DNA of 64,000 nucleotides. Source: Stramenopiles sp. TOSAG23-2. Taxonomy: Eukaryota. This document shows, piece after piece, positions 33,998 through 44,914 of this stretch. The notes below the pieces were generated by a model. The model saw only the letters and a list, made by a program, of their open reading frames with translations, was not told the origin of the DNA and made no database searches. Each line of letters begins with the position of its first letter. Position 1 is the first letter of the stretch. Where the stretch lies: assembly GCA_900128395.1 (NCBI GenBank), contig LT649238.1, forward strand, positions 1 through 64,000. The letters are read 5' to 3'. A program made the translations under genes and the position numbers.

Positions 33998-35008
33998 ATG
34001 GATACAAAGAAGACTCAATACAAGTTGATTGACACAACAGTACCTGTTCCATCGCTTCCAACTCAAAAACTAAATGGTGGATCATATGATGATGACGAAG
34101 CATGCAAAACATTTACCTGGAAAAATGCTAACAATGAAGCATATGGAGGGACTGGGGGAATACTAATAGCATATTCCCACACGATTCGAAATAATATTAC
34201 TACATACTTTTTCTACTCAAATCAAAATGCTAACAATGAAGCATATGGAGGGACTGGGGGAATACTAATAGCATATTCCCACACGATTCGAAATAATATT
34301 ACTACATACTTTTTCTACTCAAATCAAATATCCAGTGCAGTGTATGAATATGTTACGAAGAAATGTAAATCTACAATAAAGACAGAATTATCCGGTATGA
34401 ATAGTAAGACAGTAATTAGGATTGAAGAAGTAAAACTTGCCCGAAGTCATAAATATTGTGATTCAAACGATTGTTTTCATGCAATTGAAAAAGGTGTGAA
34501 GTGGTGTGTCTCATGTCGAGGCTTTTTAGACGCTTTTGCAAAGCAGAAAGAAGAGAACGAAAATGAGAGAAATAAACGAAAATTAGACGAGGCAGATCTA
34601 CAAAGACAAATGCAGAATTTAAAGCTGAAACATAATAGAAATAATGAAGACGCTAGAAATATCAATGCTGAAGCTCAAAGTGTAATTACTGATAGCAAGA
34701 AGAAAATCGAAGAACTTCAAACTCAATTGAAACAACTATCTGAACAAGTAGATACAAATGTTAAAGCACTAATCGAAAAAAATAAAAGTGTCCAGACGCT
34801 AACAGAAACGAATAGGGTTCAAGCAGTACAGGTAGAAACGTTGGAAGAAGACAATGCGCAGCAACAAGTGAAAAATATTGATGCACAGGTTGCAATTGCA
34901 GCCATAAAAAGCTTGGTATTGGAGTATCGTAAGGAAAAAGACGAACATGATATACTCTCTTCAATTTATTCAATTTATTGTCCATTATTATTATTAAAGC
35001 AATATTAG
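33998..35008 (+). CDS. Transposon-borne hypothetical protein: Cys/His cluster plus long coiled coil
   Basis: First ATG at 33998. HKYCDSNDCFH...WCVSC, then a heptad-rich region. No DDE motif recognised. Contains an in-frame 102-bp duplication. Confidence 0.6.
   Translation: MDTKKTQYKLIDTTVPVPSLPTQKLNGGSYDDDEACKTFTWKNANNEAYGGTGGILIAYSHTIRNNITTYFFYSNQNANNEAYGGTGGILIAYSHTIRNNITTYFFYSNQISSAVYEYVTKKCKSTIKTELSGMNSKTVIRIEEVKLARSHKYCDSNDCFHAIEKGVKWCVSCRGFLDAFAKQKEENENERNKRKLDEADLQRQMQNLKLKHNRNNEDARNINAEAQSVITDSKKKIEELQTQLKQLSEQVDTNVKALIEKNKSVQTLTETNRVQAVQVETLEEDNAQQQVKNIDAQVAIAAIKSLVLEYRKEKDEHDILSSIYSIYCPLLLLKQY
34122..34325. repeat. Exact tandem duplication, 2 x 102 bp (34 aa, in frame)
   Basis: 34122-34223 = 34224-34325. 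Confidence 0.95.
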
Positions 35009-35629
35009 TAGCAGAATAATAATAATTATTATTAATAATATTGATGATGATTATCTATTATGTATATATTGTTTATTAATGATAATATATTAATGATAAT
35101 ATTACAATACTTGTGATCTTTTATAAAACTTTTCTAACGTAGGTGTATCTATAATAATAATAGCGTATCTATAATAATAATAGCGTATCTATAATAATAA
35201 TAATCACACTCCCTTTGCAAAAAAACATCCTCATTGATGTGTCACCTGCATAAGTCTGTTGTTGTAAATTTCATGAAAGACCCCATGCTAATTGCGGAAC
35301 TAGGGACAAAGCTTGGTATCGTACTAAAACACTATAAAACCATTAATGCAAAAACTTTAGCCATATCAAAAAGTTCCAGAGGATTTTCAATTAGCATGGC
35401 GCACGCCTGATAGTGTTAGGCTCAGGGTTAAAACGAGAAAAAAAATAGATGAAAAAAAAGGGCTTATTTCAGCCATAGTGATAATAATCAAAATATTATT
35501 ATATCAATTAAGGCAGAGTATTTACATTAAGTCTCATGTTATAACAAAAAATGCATTATTAACAACATATCTTTATAGGCATACATATATAACTGTTTTG
35601 CATCGGGGATATAGATTGATAAATTACAC

Positions 35630-36487
35630 ATGTTTAATAAAAACATAATCATGTCAGATAATAATGCGGTGCCACCAATACAACCAGTAAAACTATTTGC
35701 TGAATGGGCTATGACGCATTTATTTAAACCTAATTATGGAGAAATGTTATTAAAAAAAGGTATTCTTGTTATTGATGATTTTCTTAGTCACGAAGAAGTA
35801 CTGATATGTAGGCACGAATTACAACGCTTAGACTTTGCACCCACGAGGCAACCAAAAACAATACGAACCGATAATATAACGTGGATTCATGAAAACCAAA
35901 ATTTCAATTCAGTAAATAATGATGATAAATCATTTTTACCAGAACTTGTAAGAAAAATAAAGGCAATTGGCTGCATGTTTGAAAATGTCTTAGGTAAACT
36001 AGAAGCTCCGTCTCGATGTATGGTCTCTATGTATAAAAATATAAATATCATTACTGAACAGGATAATAATAACGATGATAACAATGAAAAAATAATAAAT
36101 GAAATGACTACAGGAAACTTGAGAAATAATGGTTATAGGGCTCATTTAGATTGTAGCCCACCAAAAGATGATGATTTATATTGGCTCTGGAAAAGTAGTC
36201 GAGAAACATCAGAGAGAAAATTAACTTCCATTTTATATCTTAATGATGAATGGACGGAGCAGGATGGTGGTAAATTGCGTTGTTATATTGGATGTGAACG
36301 TGGTGATAGTAATGGTCAAACAGCAAAAGAAACGATTGATATAGAGCCAAAAGCGGGGCGGTTGGTTTTATTTCTATCTAAAAAAATTCCTCATGAAGTC
36401 TTGCCAATAACATCTTCCAATAATTCAACTCCAAGAATGGCAATGAGTTGTTGGTTTATTCAATCAGAAGATAATGAAATTTCATGA
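35630..36487 (+). CDS. 2OG-Fe(II) oxygenase, EGLN/PHD-type prolyl hydroxylase-like
   Basis: IRTDNITW, YRAHLD (HxD), RKLTSILYLN..W...DGGKLR, IEPKAGRLVLF, PHEV, RMAMSCW. Confidence 0.85.
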   Translation: MFNKNIIMSDNNAVPPIQPVKLFAEWAMTHLFKPNYGEMLLKKGILVIDDFLSHEEVLICRHELQRLDFAPTRQPKTIRTDNITWIHENQNFNSVNNDDKSFLPELVRKIKAIGCMFENVLGKLEAPSRCMVSMYKNINIITEQDNNNDDNNEKIINEMTTGNLRNNGYRAHLDCSPPKDDDLYWLWKSSRETSERKLTSILYLNDEWTEQDGGKLRCYIGCERGDSNGQTAKETIDIEPKAGRLVLFLSKKIPHEVLPITSSNNSTPRMAMSCWFIQSEDNEIS

Positions 36488-36799
36488 TTGTGTGACAAGA
36501 CAATGATATTATTGTGATGATGTGTTTATAACCTAAGTTAATATTTTGAACATATGTGCTGTAGAGTACAAAGAATGTAATTGAAAAAGACGGAGAGGGA
36601 GGAGAGTTGTTTTAAATCTCGCATGTATAAATACCGATATTTACTTTTTTATCTTTTCTTATATAATATATTAATATATATTTTATTTTATAAAAAATTA
36701 ATTTTATGTATATAATTATGCATATCATATCAACTGTTACGAGTAGTTGATACCATCTATTTACCTTCAAATTGGTTTTCTCTATTATGGGAACATCAA

Positions 36800-37019
36800 A
36801 CACTAGTGTGAGATAGATTATTTCAGTTATTGTATTCTTTTGAAGAGTAGGAATTATCATGAGTAATATTAAAACAATATTAAATTATGCGTATAAATTA
36901 TTATCATATACACTAGTGTGAGATAGATTATTTCAGTTATTGTATTCTTTTGAAGAGTAGGAATTATCATGAGTAATATTAAAACAATATTAAATTATGC
37001 GTATAAATTATTATCATAT
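36800..37019. repeat. Exact tandem duplication, 2 x 110 bp
   Basis: 36800-36909 = 36910-37019. Confidence 0.95.
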
Positions 37020-37065
37020 CATAGTAATGATACTATCATATCAAAATGTATCGCGGCTGCGACGT

Positions 37066-37195
37066 CTTAACGAAGAATGAGAGGCACGAAGCGAAATATG
37101 TGGAGATAATTTATTCACGCGCGAGATAGAGTATTGGAGCATCATAGTATTTACCACGGAAAGTAAAATTATTATAACTTAGATTTTAACCATCA
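37066..37195 (+). repeat. Copy of a dispersed convergent-spacer repeat family
   Basis: Shares TCTTAACGA, GAGTATT.GAGCAT, TTTACCACGG.AAGTAAAATTATTA and TAGATTTTAACCA with 48004-48118. A 23-mer is identical to 21619-21641. Confidence 0.7.
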
Positions 37196-37308
37196 TATTT
37201 GTGGATTCACACTGTTTCAAAAACTCAAAATTTAAAATTTAAATTATGAGATATACACACATCTCATCTCAATAAAATACATATTAATCATATCATTATG
37301 ATTTTTTA

Positions 37309-38400
37309 TTATATTTTCCAATGCAATCTTTCACACCAATCCTTCAATTGGAATACAAAAGATGGATTTGGATCTGCAATTTGTCGATGCCCTCTTACAA
37401 TGATTAATGCATCTTCAACTGTTAAACGTCTTTTCCACATTAAATAACCTATAGCTATTGCTGGCGATCGCGAAATACCTTTTACACAATGTATTAAAAT
37501 TTTACCGTTTCTACTCTTTGCCTGTTCAATGAATTCAAAGGCACTTCTTAGATATATACATATATCATCAGTACCATTATCTGGAATTTCATATCTTAAA
37601 TATTTAAAATGATTTGGCCATAAATTCTCACATTTTTGCCCAACGCAATTTATAATATGCGTTATATTATTTTGCAACAATGTATCTAGATTAGAGGCAA
37701 CTTTTACACCACCTACGTACAAAAAATCATCTAGAATACTTGAACATTGAATTTGTATCGCACGTTGATCTCGTCGACTTTGCTCACCAGCTGGTGACAT
37801 CATTCCATTCTCGACATCTTGATTGATATCATGGATATTTAACGATAAATTTAAGATTTTTCGTGGTCTACTGGCGTTGTTATTGCTGTTGTTACTGCTG
37901 CTGCTGCTGCTGCTGCTGTTATTGCTATTACCGTGATAATTAATTTTGTTGGTATTATGATTATCACGTGGCGTTTTATTATTATTATTATTATTATTAT
38001 TATGACTATTATTATTATTATGAGTGGGAGTTACGTGTCTTTTTAATATGGATGTTGAAGATGTATTATTATTATCCCTTGGAATTACAGGTGAATTTTG
38101 GAAAAATGAAAAACCTGATTTGCTTCTGCATGTTGATGGTGGTACACGAATAGCTGGAAGCGCTGGGGTGTGTAAATTGTTACCATTATTATTTAAACTA
38201 GTTATTGTGCTTGATATTATTGGTATATTATTAATGGAAGAACGTGTATTATTTCCAAGATGCATATTATCAATATTCATGGTGGCCGTCCTTAATTTTT
38301 TCGTATTGTTATGATGATACCCTTTATTACCATGACTATCAATGGTGCGTTTTTTCGGGTTGTACGCCATGTTGATAGTATTTGGTGAATGTTTCGTCAT
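37309..38400 (-). CDS. Dual-specificity (MAPK-type) protein phosphatase
   Basis: HCVKGISRS catalytic loop, FLYVGG, ITHIIN, PNPSFVFQL. Confidence 0.9.
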   Translation of the reverse strand: MTKHSPNTINMAYNPKKRTIDSHGNKGYHHNNTKKLRTATMNIDNMHLGNNTRSSINNIPIISSTITSLNNNGNNLHTPALPAIRVPPSTCRSKSGFSFFQNSPVIPRDNNNTSSTSILKRHVTPTHNNNNSHNNNNNNNNKTPRDNHNTNKINYHGNSNNSSSSSSSSNNSNNNASRPRKILNLSLNIHDINQDVENGMMSPAGEQSRRDQRAIQIQCSSILDDFLYVGGVKVASNLDTLLQNNITHIINCVGQKCENLWPNHFKYLRYEIPDNGTDDICIYLRSAFEFIEQAKSRNGKILIHCVKGISRSPAIAIGYLMWKRRLTVEDALIIVRGHRQIADPNPSFVFQLKDWCERLHWKI

Positions 38401-39122
38401 GGATTTATTGAATTGATGTGTCGAATTTCTGTTCCTTCTTTCTTCTCTCTTTTTATTTCTATATTTTTCTTTTGTCTATGTTTGATAATATTGGTGTGTT
38501 TGTTTTATTTTATGGTAAAGTAACTATAACTCCAATTGATTGTGATTATTATAACAGGTAAATAGCAGCACTCCGGCACTCATCCTTTGATTTTCCAGCA
38601 GCCAAAAAGGTGCAAAGCAACATAAAAAAAAACGAAACGAAGAACTAACTCAAAATAAAATGCGGCCTCTATAACCGCGAGCGAAAAGCGTATTGGTAAA
38701 ACTGATGGAAAATATTATCGTAACATTTCGTATTATTTATTTGACTCCTTAAATTGAAAGAAAAATATATTTTATTATAACATAGATCTATTATAGTCTT
38801 GTTTTTATTGTTAAACACAAGATTCTAATCGAATAACCTTAATCGTAACATAACATTAATAAACAAATAGTTAGCATGCCTTAGCATGCGAAGGCATTGT
38901 AAATATTCGTAAATATTCGGTAAAACGTACTAACCTTAATCCTAACCCGAGGATTTTGTTGTTTTTTTTCAAATTACCATTTTTCAATATTTATCTATAG
39001 TACCTGTATATATATACATATTTATTATATTGTATTAGTATATTTACATTTGAATATATAAAGAACAACAATAGAAGTATATACAACTATACATATACCC
39101 TTTGAATATATATTCATATATA

Positions 39123-40040
39123 ATGGCATCATTTGCTAATACCAACGTGTCCACGTCGTCAACAACAACAACAACTACGACAAATGAGGAAATAAATAAT
39201 CATGATAATAATACCACAATGATTGAAAATTTAAATATAATAAACGAGGAGGGTGATAATAATAATCATAATAATGATAATATGACCTCTTCCTCCTTAC
39301 CTGCTGCTTTGAATGAAACAGTTATTGTAGATGAACATGGGAATGAAATAGTAGAACATGATGATAAAGAATCAATAACGAATAGTAATAACAACAACCA
39401 TAGTGATAATAATGTTGCGACTATGAATAATAGCAACACTGTAAGTGGCAATAATAGGAATAATGATTTAACCAGTAGTGACATAGATGAAGATGAATTT
39501 TTTGACGCTCCATCTTCATTATCTGAGCAAACTGGTGTAGAAGTTGAGTGGGAAGTTAGATATGATCCAGTGCATCAACATCCATATTGGATCAATGTCA
39601 CAACGGGCGAGTCAAGTTGGGAAAATCCAAACGAAACAACAACTAGCATTGGTGAAATAGAAGGTTATGAATATACAGAAGAGGAAGAAACTATTAATAA
39701 TAATGATAATAATACAGATAGTGTTATTGATGAAACATGGGAACGACATTACGATGAGGCATCCGATTGGTATTATTATTATAACCCAGTCACTGGTGAA
39801 ACAAAATGGGATAATATTACTGAAGAATATTCTGGCGATGGTACATATCAAACAATAGATGGTAATTATTATGATGAGAATTATACTAATTATCCAGATA
39901 ATACTGAAAATAATAATTTAAATTTAAACGAAGAAGAAGGAGGAGGAGGAGGAGGAGAAACATTGTCCAATACTCAAGCTGGTGTTGCACGTGCATGGTT
40001 AAAGGAAGCACGTAAATTACAAGCTATAGGTGCAAAGTAA
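39123..40040 (+). CDS. Acidic protein with two WW domains
   Basis: WEVRYD....PYWINVTTGESSWENP and WERHYDE....YYYNPVTGETKWD. Confidence 0.85.
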   Translation: MASFANTNVSTSSTTTTTTTNEEINNHDNNTTMIENLNIINEEGDNNNHNNDNMTSSSLPAALNETVIVDEHGNEIVEHDDKESITNSNNNNHSDNNVATMNNSNTVSGNNRNNDLTSSDIDEDEFFDAPSSLSEQTGVEVEWEVRYDPVHQHPYWINVTTGESSWENPNETTTSIGEIEGYEYTEEEETINNNDNNTDSVIDETWERHYDEASDWYYYYNPVTGETKWDNITEEYSGDGTYQTIDGNYYDENYTNYPDNTENNNLNLNEEEGGGGGGETLSNTQAGVARAWLKEARKLQAIGAK

Positions 40041-40425
40041 AAGAAGGGGCATATACATGATACGACATTGTTCCACATATTGAAATATAATATAGAAAGG
40101 TGTGTAATATCACATATATATACGCGTATTATATATAATGTACGATTCGTATCATATGTTCGTAATATCTATATACGAGAAGTATATACTCGTATGCATA
40201 TCATAATATATATGATATGATATGCATAGAGGCATATGATAGGTGTGAGAAATAAGTGTACATGATTATCATAAAAAAATAAAGTTTTAAATGTCTTTTT
40301 GGTGTTCCTCAAATTTTACGTACATTCGTACTTCGTAAAAGTTACGAACAGTCCGTACATATTAAAGCATATATTAAAATACGTACACACGAATTAAATA
40401 TATATCTCCCCCTCTCTCCTCTTTT

Positions 40426-42750
40426 TCAATAATAATCTAACTCTAATACCTTTGTTAAAAATGCATATTCCAATGCAGATTCTTCTAAATGTCCATATCT
40501 TCCACCTTGACCAAAATGGCCATATTCATTTTGCATTGAAAGTAACATTAATGCATCATCATTTGTCTTACATTTTCTAACTTTTTCAATAAATTTCATT
40601 GGATGAGATGGTGGTACTCGATTATCAATTGTTGAACCAGTGATTAACATGGATGGATAAATTTGATCTTTTATATTTTGATATGGTGAATAGGATAATA
40701 TATAATCATGAACATTTGTATCAATTAATGGGTTCCCACCCCATTCATCATATTCATGTATTGTTAATGGTAATGTTGGATCACACATTGAACTGTACGG
40801 ATCGGTAAATGGCACTTTCATAACCATTGCTTTAAATAGTCCTGGATACATATTTGCAACTGCACCTAACAGTAGTCCACCCGCGCTCATACCATGCCCA
40901 CATAACAATTCCGGATTTGTCCATTTCTGATCGATTAAATGCATAGCACATGATGCATAATCATGAAAACTATTTTTTTTATTCAATCCTTTCCCTTGCA
41001 AATACCATTGTTTACCAAGCTCTGAACCACCGCGTACGTGTGCATATGCAACAATCCACCCTCTATTTAACAAACTCAATACATCCGCTTGAAAATCTAC
41101 TTCAACATTTACACCATACGCACCATAGCCATGTAGTAATACTGGATTGTTTGAATCGCGTTCAATTGATTTTGAATGCACTATTGTCATAGGTATTTCC
41201 GCATTTCCATCTTCACTTTTTACAAAGGATTGATATATTTCATAATCTTCGCGATTAAATTTTGGTGTACCTGCTATTTCATTTTGTCTTAATATATGAA
41301 CATTTTTATTTAAAACATTGTAATCACATACTATTTCAGGAGCTAATGGCGACGTCATTGTTATTCTTAAATGTTTCCCATCGTAATCTTGGTTTATACC
41401 AGGCAATACATTTCCAATTTCTTCTGGCAAAGGTATATGATGTATATTTTCTGGATTATCGTGTTGAAATACCCGTATTTGTGGTTTGCCTCGTTTACGT
41501 TCAAAAATGGCACAATATTCCTTCATAACATCTATATCTTCGATTTCTGTCTCGTTATCGACATTTACGCCTACATCTTTCCATTTGGCACTGGTAGAAG
41601 AGGATTCTACCATTTTATCATCTTTATTTAAAAAGAAATCAACATCTTTTAAAATGGATATTTTATATTTATTATCTACAGTATGTATTATGTAAAAATA
41701 ATGATCAACATGATCAATGTAATATTCTTTTCCATTTCGTCGATTTGATATGCATCTTACACGATTGTCAATATTATTCATATTATTTTTATCATCATCA
41801 TCATCATCATCATAATATTTTGTTGATATGACTGATACTTCAGATGTTGTTTTGCTATTACTACTTATTGTTATAAATTTACTATCTTTTGTCCTTTGTA
41901 ACTCAATGAAAAACTGCTCATCATTTTCCTCAAAAATCAATTTTTTATCATCTATTATTTTACATTCATTACTACTACTTGATATATACATATTTTGTCT
42001 CCATACTTGATATGGTCGACCTAACTGATTTGATATGGTATAATACATGTGATATTGATGAATCCTATTGCCATCCCCATCATATATTAATTTACAATCA
42101 GACCATTCGCAACTTGTAATATTATTTATCACATTATAATATGTCTTTTCATTATTTATGTCTCGTATACATAAATGAAAATATTCTTCAGCAGTTGTTG
42201 CTAACGTAAATGCTAAAAATGAATGATCTAAGGATACTTTCATCGATCCAATATGTATGTAATCAATTTCCTCGTTTGAAATTTTAATATCACCAATTTG
42301 GTTTACATTCAAAACTATTTGTTCATCAATATTTGAAGATGCGACAATATCATTAACATCATTCTTAAAATTCTCTTCATTACAACGGCAATAAGTAGGA
42401 AAATTATCATCCGGATGTTGAAACTTGTCATAATACATGTATTGGCCAACTTTTTCTGGTACGGAAATTAAATTTTCGAACAATCTACTATTCATTTCTT
42501 TTAAAATAACATTTTGATAATTAAATGTATCGTATAAATTTTTTTCTAATTTTCTAGTTTCTCTTCGAATAAAACGTTGAACTTTACTAGATTTGTTTGG
42601 GTCTTCATCTAAATAGTTCAAAGAATCGTTTTGGTCGTCAACATTATTTGATAATCTTGTTGTTGTTACAAAAGTTTTTTTTGTGATGATAGTGTTACAT
42701 AATGGAAGTGGGTTATTATAACATCGTTTATTTAAATACAATCGTAGCAT
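40426..42750 (-). CDS. Oligopeptidase B (S9A prolyl oligopeptidase family), probably mitochondrial
   Basis: GYGAYG, AHVRGG.ELG..W, GMSAGG (Ser), DNRV (Asp), GHF (His). Presequence-like start MLRLYLNKR at 42750; an upstream ATG at 42864 is possible. Confidence 0.9.
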   Translation of the reverse strand: MLRLYLNKRCYNNPLPLCNTIITKKTFVTTTRLSNNVDDQNDSLNYLDEDPNKSSKVQRFIRRETRKLEKNLYDTFNYQNVILKEMNSRLFENLISVPEKVGQYMYYDKFQHPDDNFPTYCRCNEENFKNDVNDIVASSNIDEQIVLNVNQIGDIKISNEEIDYIHIGSMKVSLDHSFLAFTLATTAEEYFHLCIRDINNEKTYYNVINNITSCEWSDCKLIYDGDGNRIHQYHMYYTISNQLGRPYQVWRQNMYISSSSNECKIIDDKKLIFEENDEQFFIELQRTKDSKFITISSNSKTTSEVSVISTKYYDDDDDDDKNNMNNIDNRVRCISNRRNGKEYYIDHVDHYFYIIHTVDNKYKISILKDVDFFLNKDDKMVESSSTSAKWKDVGVNVDNETEIEDIDVMKEYCAIFERKRGKPQIRVFQHDNPENIHHIPLPEEIGNVLPGINQDYDGKHLRITMTSPLAPEIVCDYNVLNKNVHILRQNEIAGTPKFNREDYEIYQSFVKSEDGNAEIPMTIVHSKSIERDSNNPVLLHGYGAYGVNVEVDFQADVLSLLNRGWIVAYAHVRGGSELGKQWYLQGKGLNKKNSFHDYASCAMHLIDQKWTNPELLCGHGMSAGGLLLGAVANMYPGLFKAMVMKVPFTDPYSSMCDPTLPLTIHEYDEWGGNPLIDTNVHDYILSYSPYQNIKDQIYPSMLITGSTIDNRVPPSHPMKFIEKVRKCKTNDDALMLLSMQNEYGHFGQGGRYGHLEESALEYAFLTKVLELDYY

Positions 42751-43041
42751 GTGTGTAGTGTAGGGAATCGGTGGAAAGAAAGAAAAAAGAAGGAAAGCGA
42801 TGTGTGAGATAGTCTTGAATAATATGAAGTATATGTTCTTGTGTTCTATCAGAATTGATTTCATTGATGGTTAGTCTGACATCATTAAAGTATTATTATT
42901 ATTTATATTGTATCTCATACAATTATAATTACAATCGATGTTTTTGGTTTGTTGTTTTGGGATGTGCAAAAAAAAATAAAAAAAAAAAATGGATTGAACT
43001 TTGAAGTGCTTACTTGGTAGTATATACTATTTTGGAATCTA

Positions 43042-43722
43042 TTAAAACAACCCTATGAAGAACATGAAAATAGCACATGTATGATATTTTGCTGTATAGT
43101 AAGTTATGAAAATATTAATAGAACCAATCATATGATGCAATGTTCCATTCCAATTTATTGTTACGAAGTCATTGGTAACTTTTGCAATTGTGCCCGTGGC
43201 ATACCAAGCATCTCGTAGATTCACCAGTCGTCGGACGAGCGGTTTTGGGGCTGTAGTTCCCACTAAGTCGACCTCTGGGAACCATAAGTGTAATCCAACC
43301 AATGCAGATAATCCATACTCCTGAATAAATAACTGTCGCTGCCTAATTTGCTCTGATAGTGCTGGATATGTAAGATCATCACATGGCTGGATCATAAAGT
43401 CGGATGAAGGTATACCATTTACAGGTAGTGGGAAATTATCCACTGCTGGTCCTGGATGGGATGCCTCCCCAAACAGGATGCCGTTTGCTGCGTTCTTTGG
43501 TCGAAAGACTGAAATTACCTCTGCAATGGGGCTAAAGATTGAAATTATTTCTGCTATGACCAAGACGAAAGAAACATCCAGGATCATCAACACAAGAACC
43601 ATTACCCTGGACAGGCAATGGGAGAATTCCCGGTTGAGATAGTGCTTTTGAGCAACTCCTGATAATGCCTTTGACCACAAGACAATCAGGTAGTAGTAGT
43701 AATAATAACAATGAGAATGCAT
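43042..43722 (-). other. ORF with 2A-like GEASHPGP motif, possible retroelement-derived remnant
   Basis: GEASHPGP at 43447-43470. The segment is GC-richer than its flanks. No RT or endonuclease domain seen. Confidence 0.4.
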
Positions 43723-43999
43723 ATAAAAAAAGACGTGGTAGTAGTTATGGAATCAAAGTGGATAAAAAATTTTATTGCATGGTGAAAAACCAACCCCTCA
43801 TGAATAAAGAAGAGTACATACATGTGCTAAAAGAAGTGGGGAAGTACCTAAGAAACACAGCCATAGCAGGTAGGTTTTCCTTTTTTTTTAGATAATTGAT
43901 CAGGCCATAGGGACAGATGGTCACGGTTTAGGCGCTTTGCCCGCGTGATTAGCCGCCCCAGCCGTATTTGGTTCGCACTGCTCATAGCTAAAGCTACTC

Positions 44000-44129
44000 C
44001 CGACGTACGACCAAATAAGGCCTGGTGGGCTAACACCGGTCAAATGCTATTGGCACAGAGCACACCGACGTACGACCAAATAAGGCCTGGTGGGCTAACA
44101 CCGGTCAAATGCTATTGGCACAGAGCACA
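44000..44129. repeat. Exact tandem duplication, 2 x 65 bp
   Basis: 44000-44064 = 44065-44129. Confidence 0.95.
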
Positions 44130-44263
44130 TAATTATGATAGGCATATATTGTAAAGTACACTACCAGATGTCTAATTTAAGTAAAACAATCAAAATAATA
44201 ATATTTCATTTTCCAAAAAAAACAGTGGATATGACTTTTATGATAAAAATATCCGCTTTACTA

Positions 44264-44317
44264 TAGTCGGAACACACGACGCTCACTATTTATATTAGTC
44301 GGAACACACGACGCTCA
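44264..44317. repeat. 22-bp direct repeat x2 (TAGTCGGAACACACGACGCTCA)
   Basis: Copies at 44264-44285 and 44296-44317. Confidence 0.9.
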
Positions 44318-44914
44318 AGGCTATATATGCTCAGTATATATGAATTTGATAGGTAAACTATTTTTTGCTGTCAGGATTAGTCAGGATTTTGATCAACTAT
44401 CAAAATTTGTTGTTTATTTTGTTGCTGTTGTTGGTGTCAAGCTTGCTCAATGATAATGAAATTTTCCTAAAAATTAGAATGTGCAGAAAATTTCCGTTGA
44501 GAGAAAAATCAACCAAAGAAAGATTTGTTTTTTAAATTGTCGTACGAAGTACACAGTAGCTCATGTTGATAATGAGATGATGCAAAAATATATTTTTTTA
44601 TAATTACTAACAACACAAAATTTAAAAATATAAAAAATATGACAATACTCTTGTACATTTAAAAAATATAGTTCGTATTATTTTTATACGTAGCTTTTTT
44701 GTATTTGGAAAACGCATTCTCCACGCACACACACAAACACCATGCTTCCTCCTTTTCGTTTAGAAAAACAAAACAAAATCTATATGTTCGCTAAACAGCA
44801 AAATCTTAAACCTCAAACAAAGAGAATATATAATACACACAATTATTACACACAAAATTTTGTCGCGTAATATCATATATATATGATATATGTAAAAATA
44901 CTCTGGCGAGATAT

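Larger units (their letters stand above)
33424..35480. mobile_element. Non-autonomous Transib/ProtoRAG-like DNA transposon (2057 bp)
   Basis: Perfect 29-bp TIR CACTATGGCTGAAATAAGCCCTTTTTTTT (33424-33452 / 35452-35480), extending imperfectly to about 40 bp. Flanked by ATAAT at 33419-33423 and 35481-35485. Confidence 0.8.

Noticed and set aside
35238-35410. Short ORF near the right end of the CACTATG element as a second exon
   Set aside because: The nearby acceptor-like site (35142) leads to stops in all frames. No transposase motif.
33424-35480. Classical plant-type CACTA/EnSpm call for the TIR element
   Set aside because: The 3-bp flanks differ (AAT vs ATA) while the 5-bp flanks match. A 2-bp-TSD CACTA is not fully excluded.
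38931-38950. Telomere-like TAACCT/CCTAACCC (also about 35415-35430)
   Set aside because: Too short and degenerate to call.
44264-44317. Mini CRISPR-like repeat
   Set aside because: Only two repeats with a 10-bp spacer, no cas genes, eukaryotic context.
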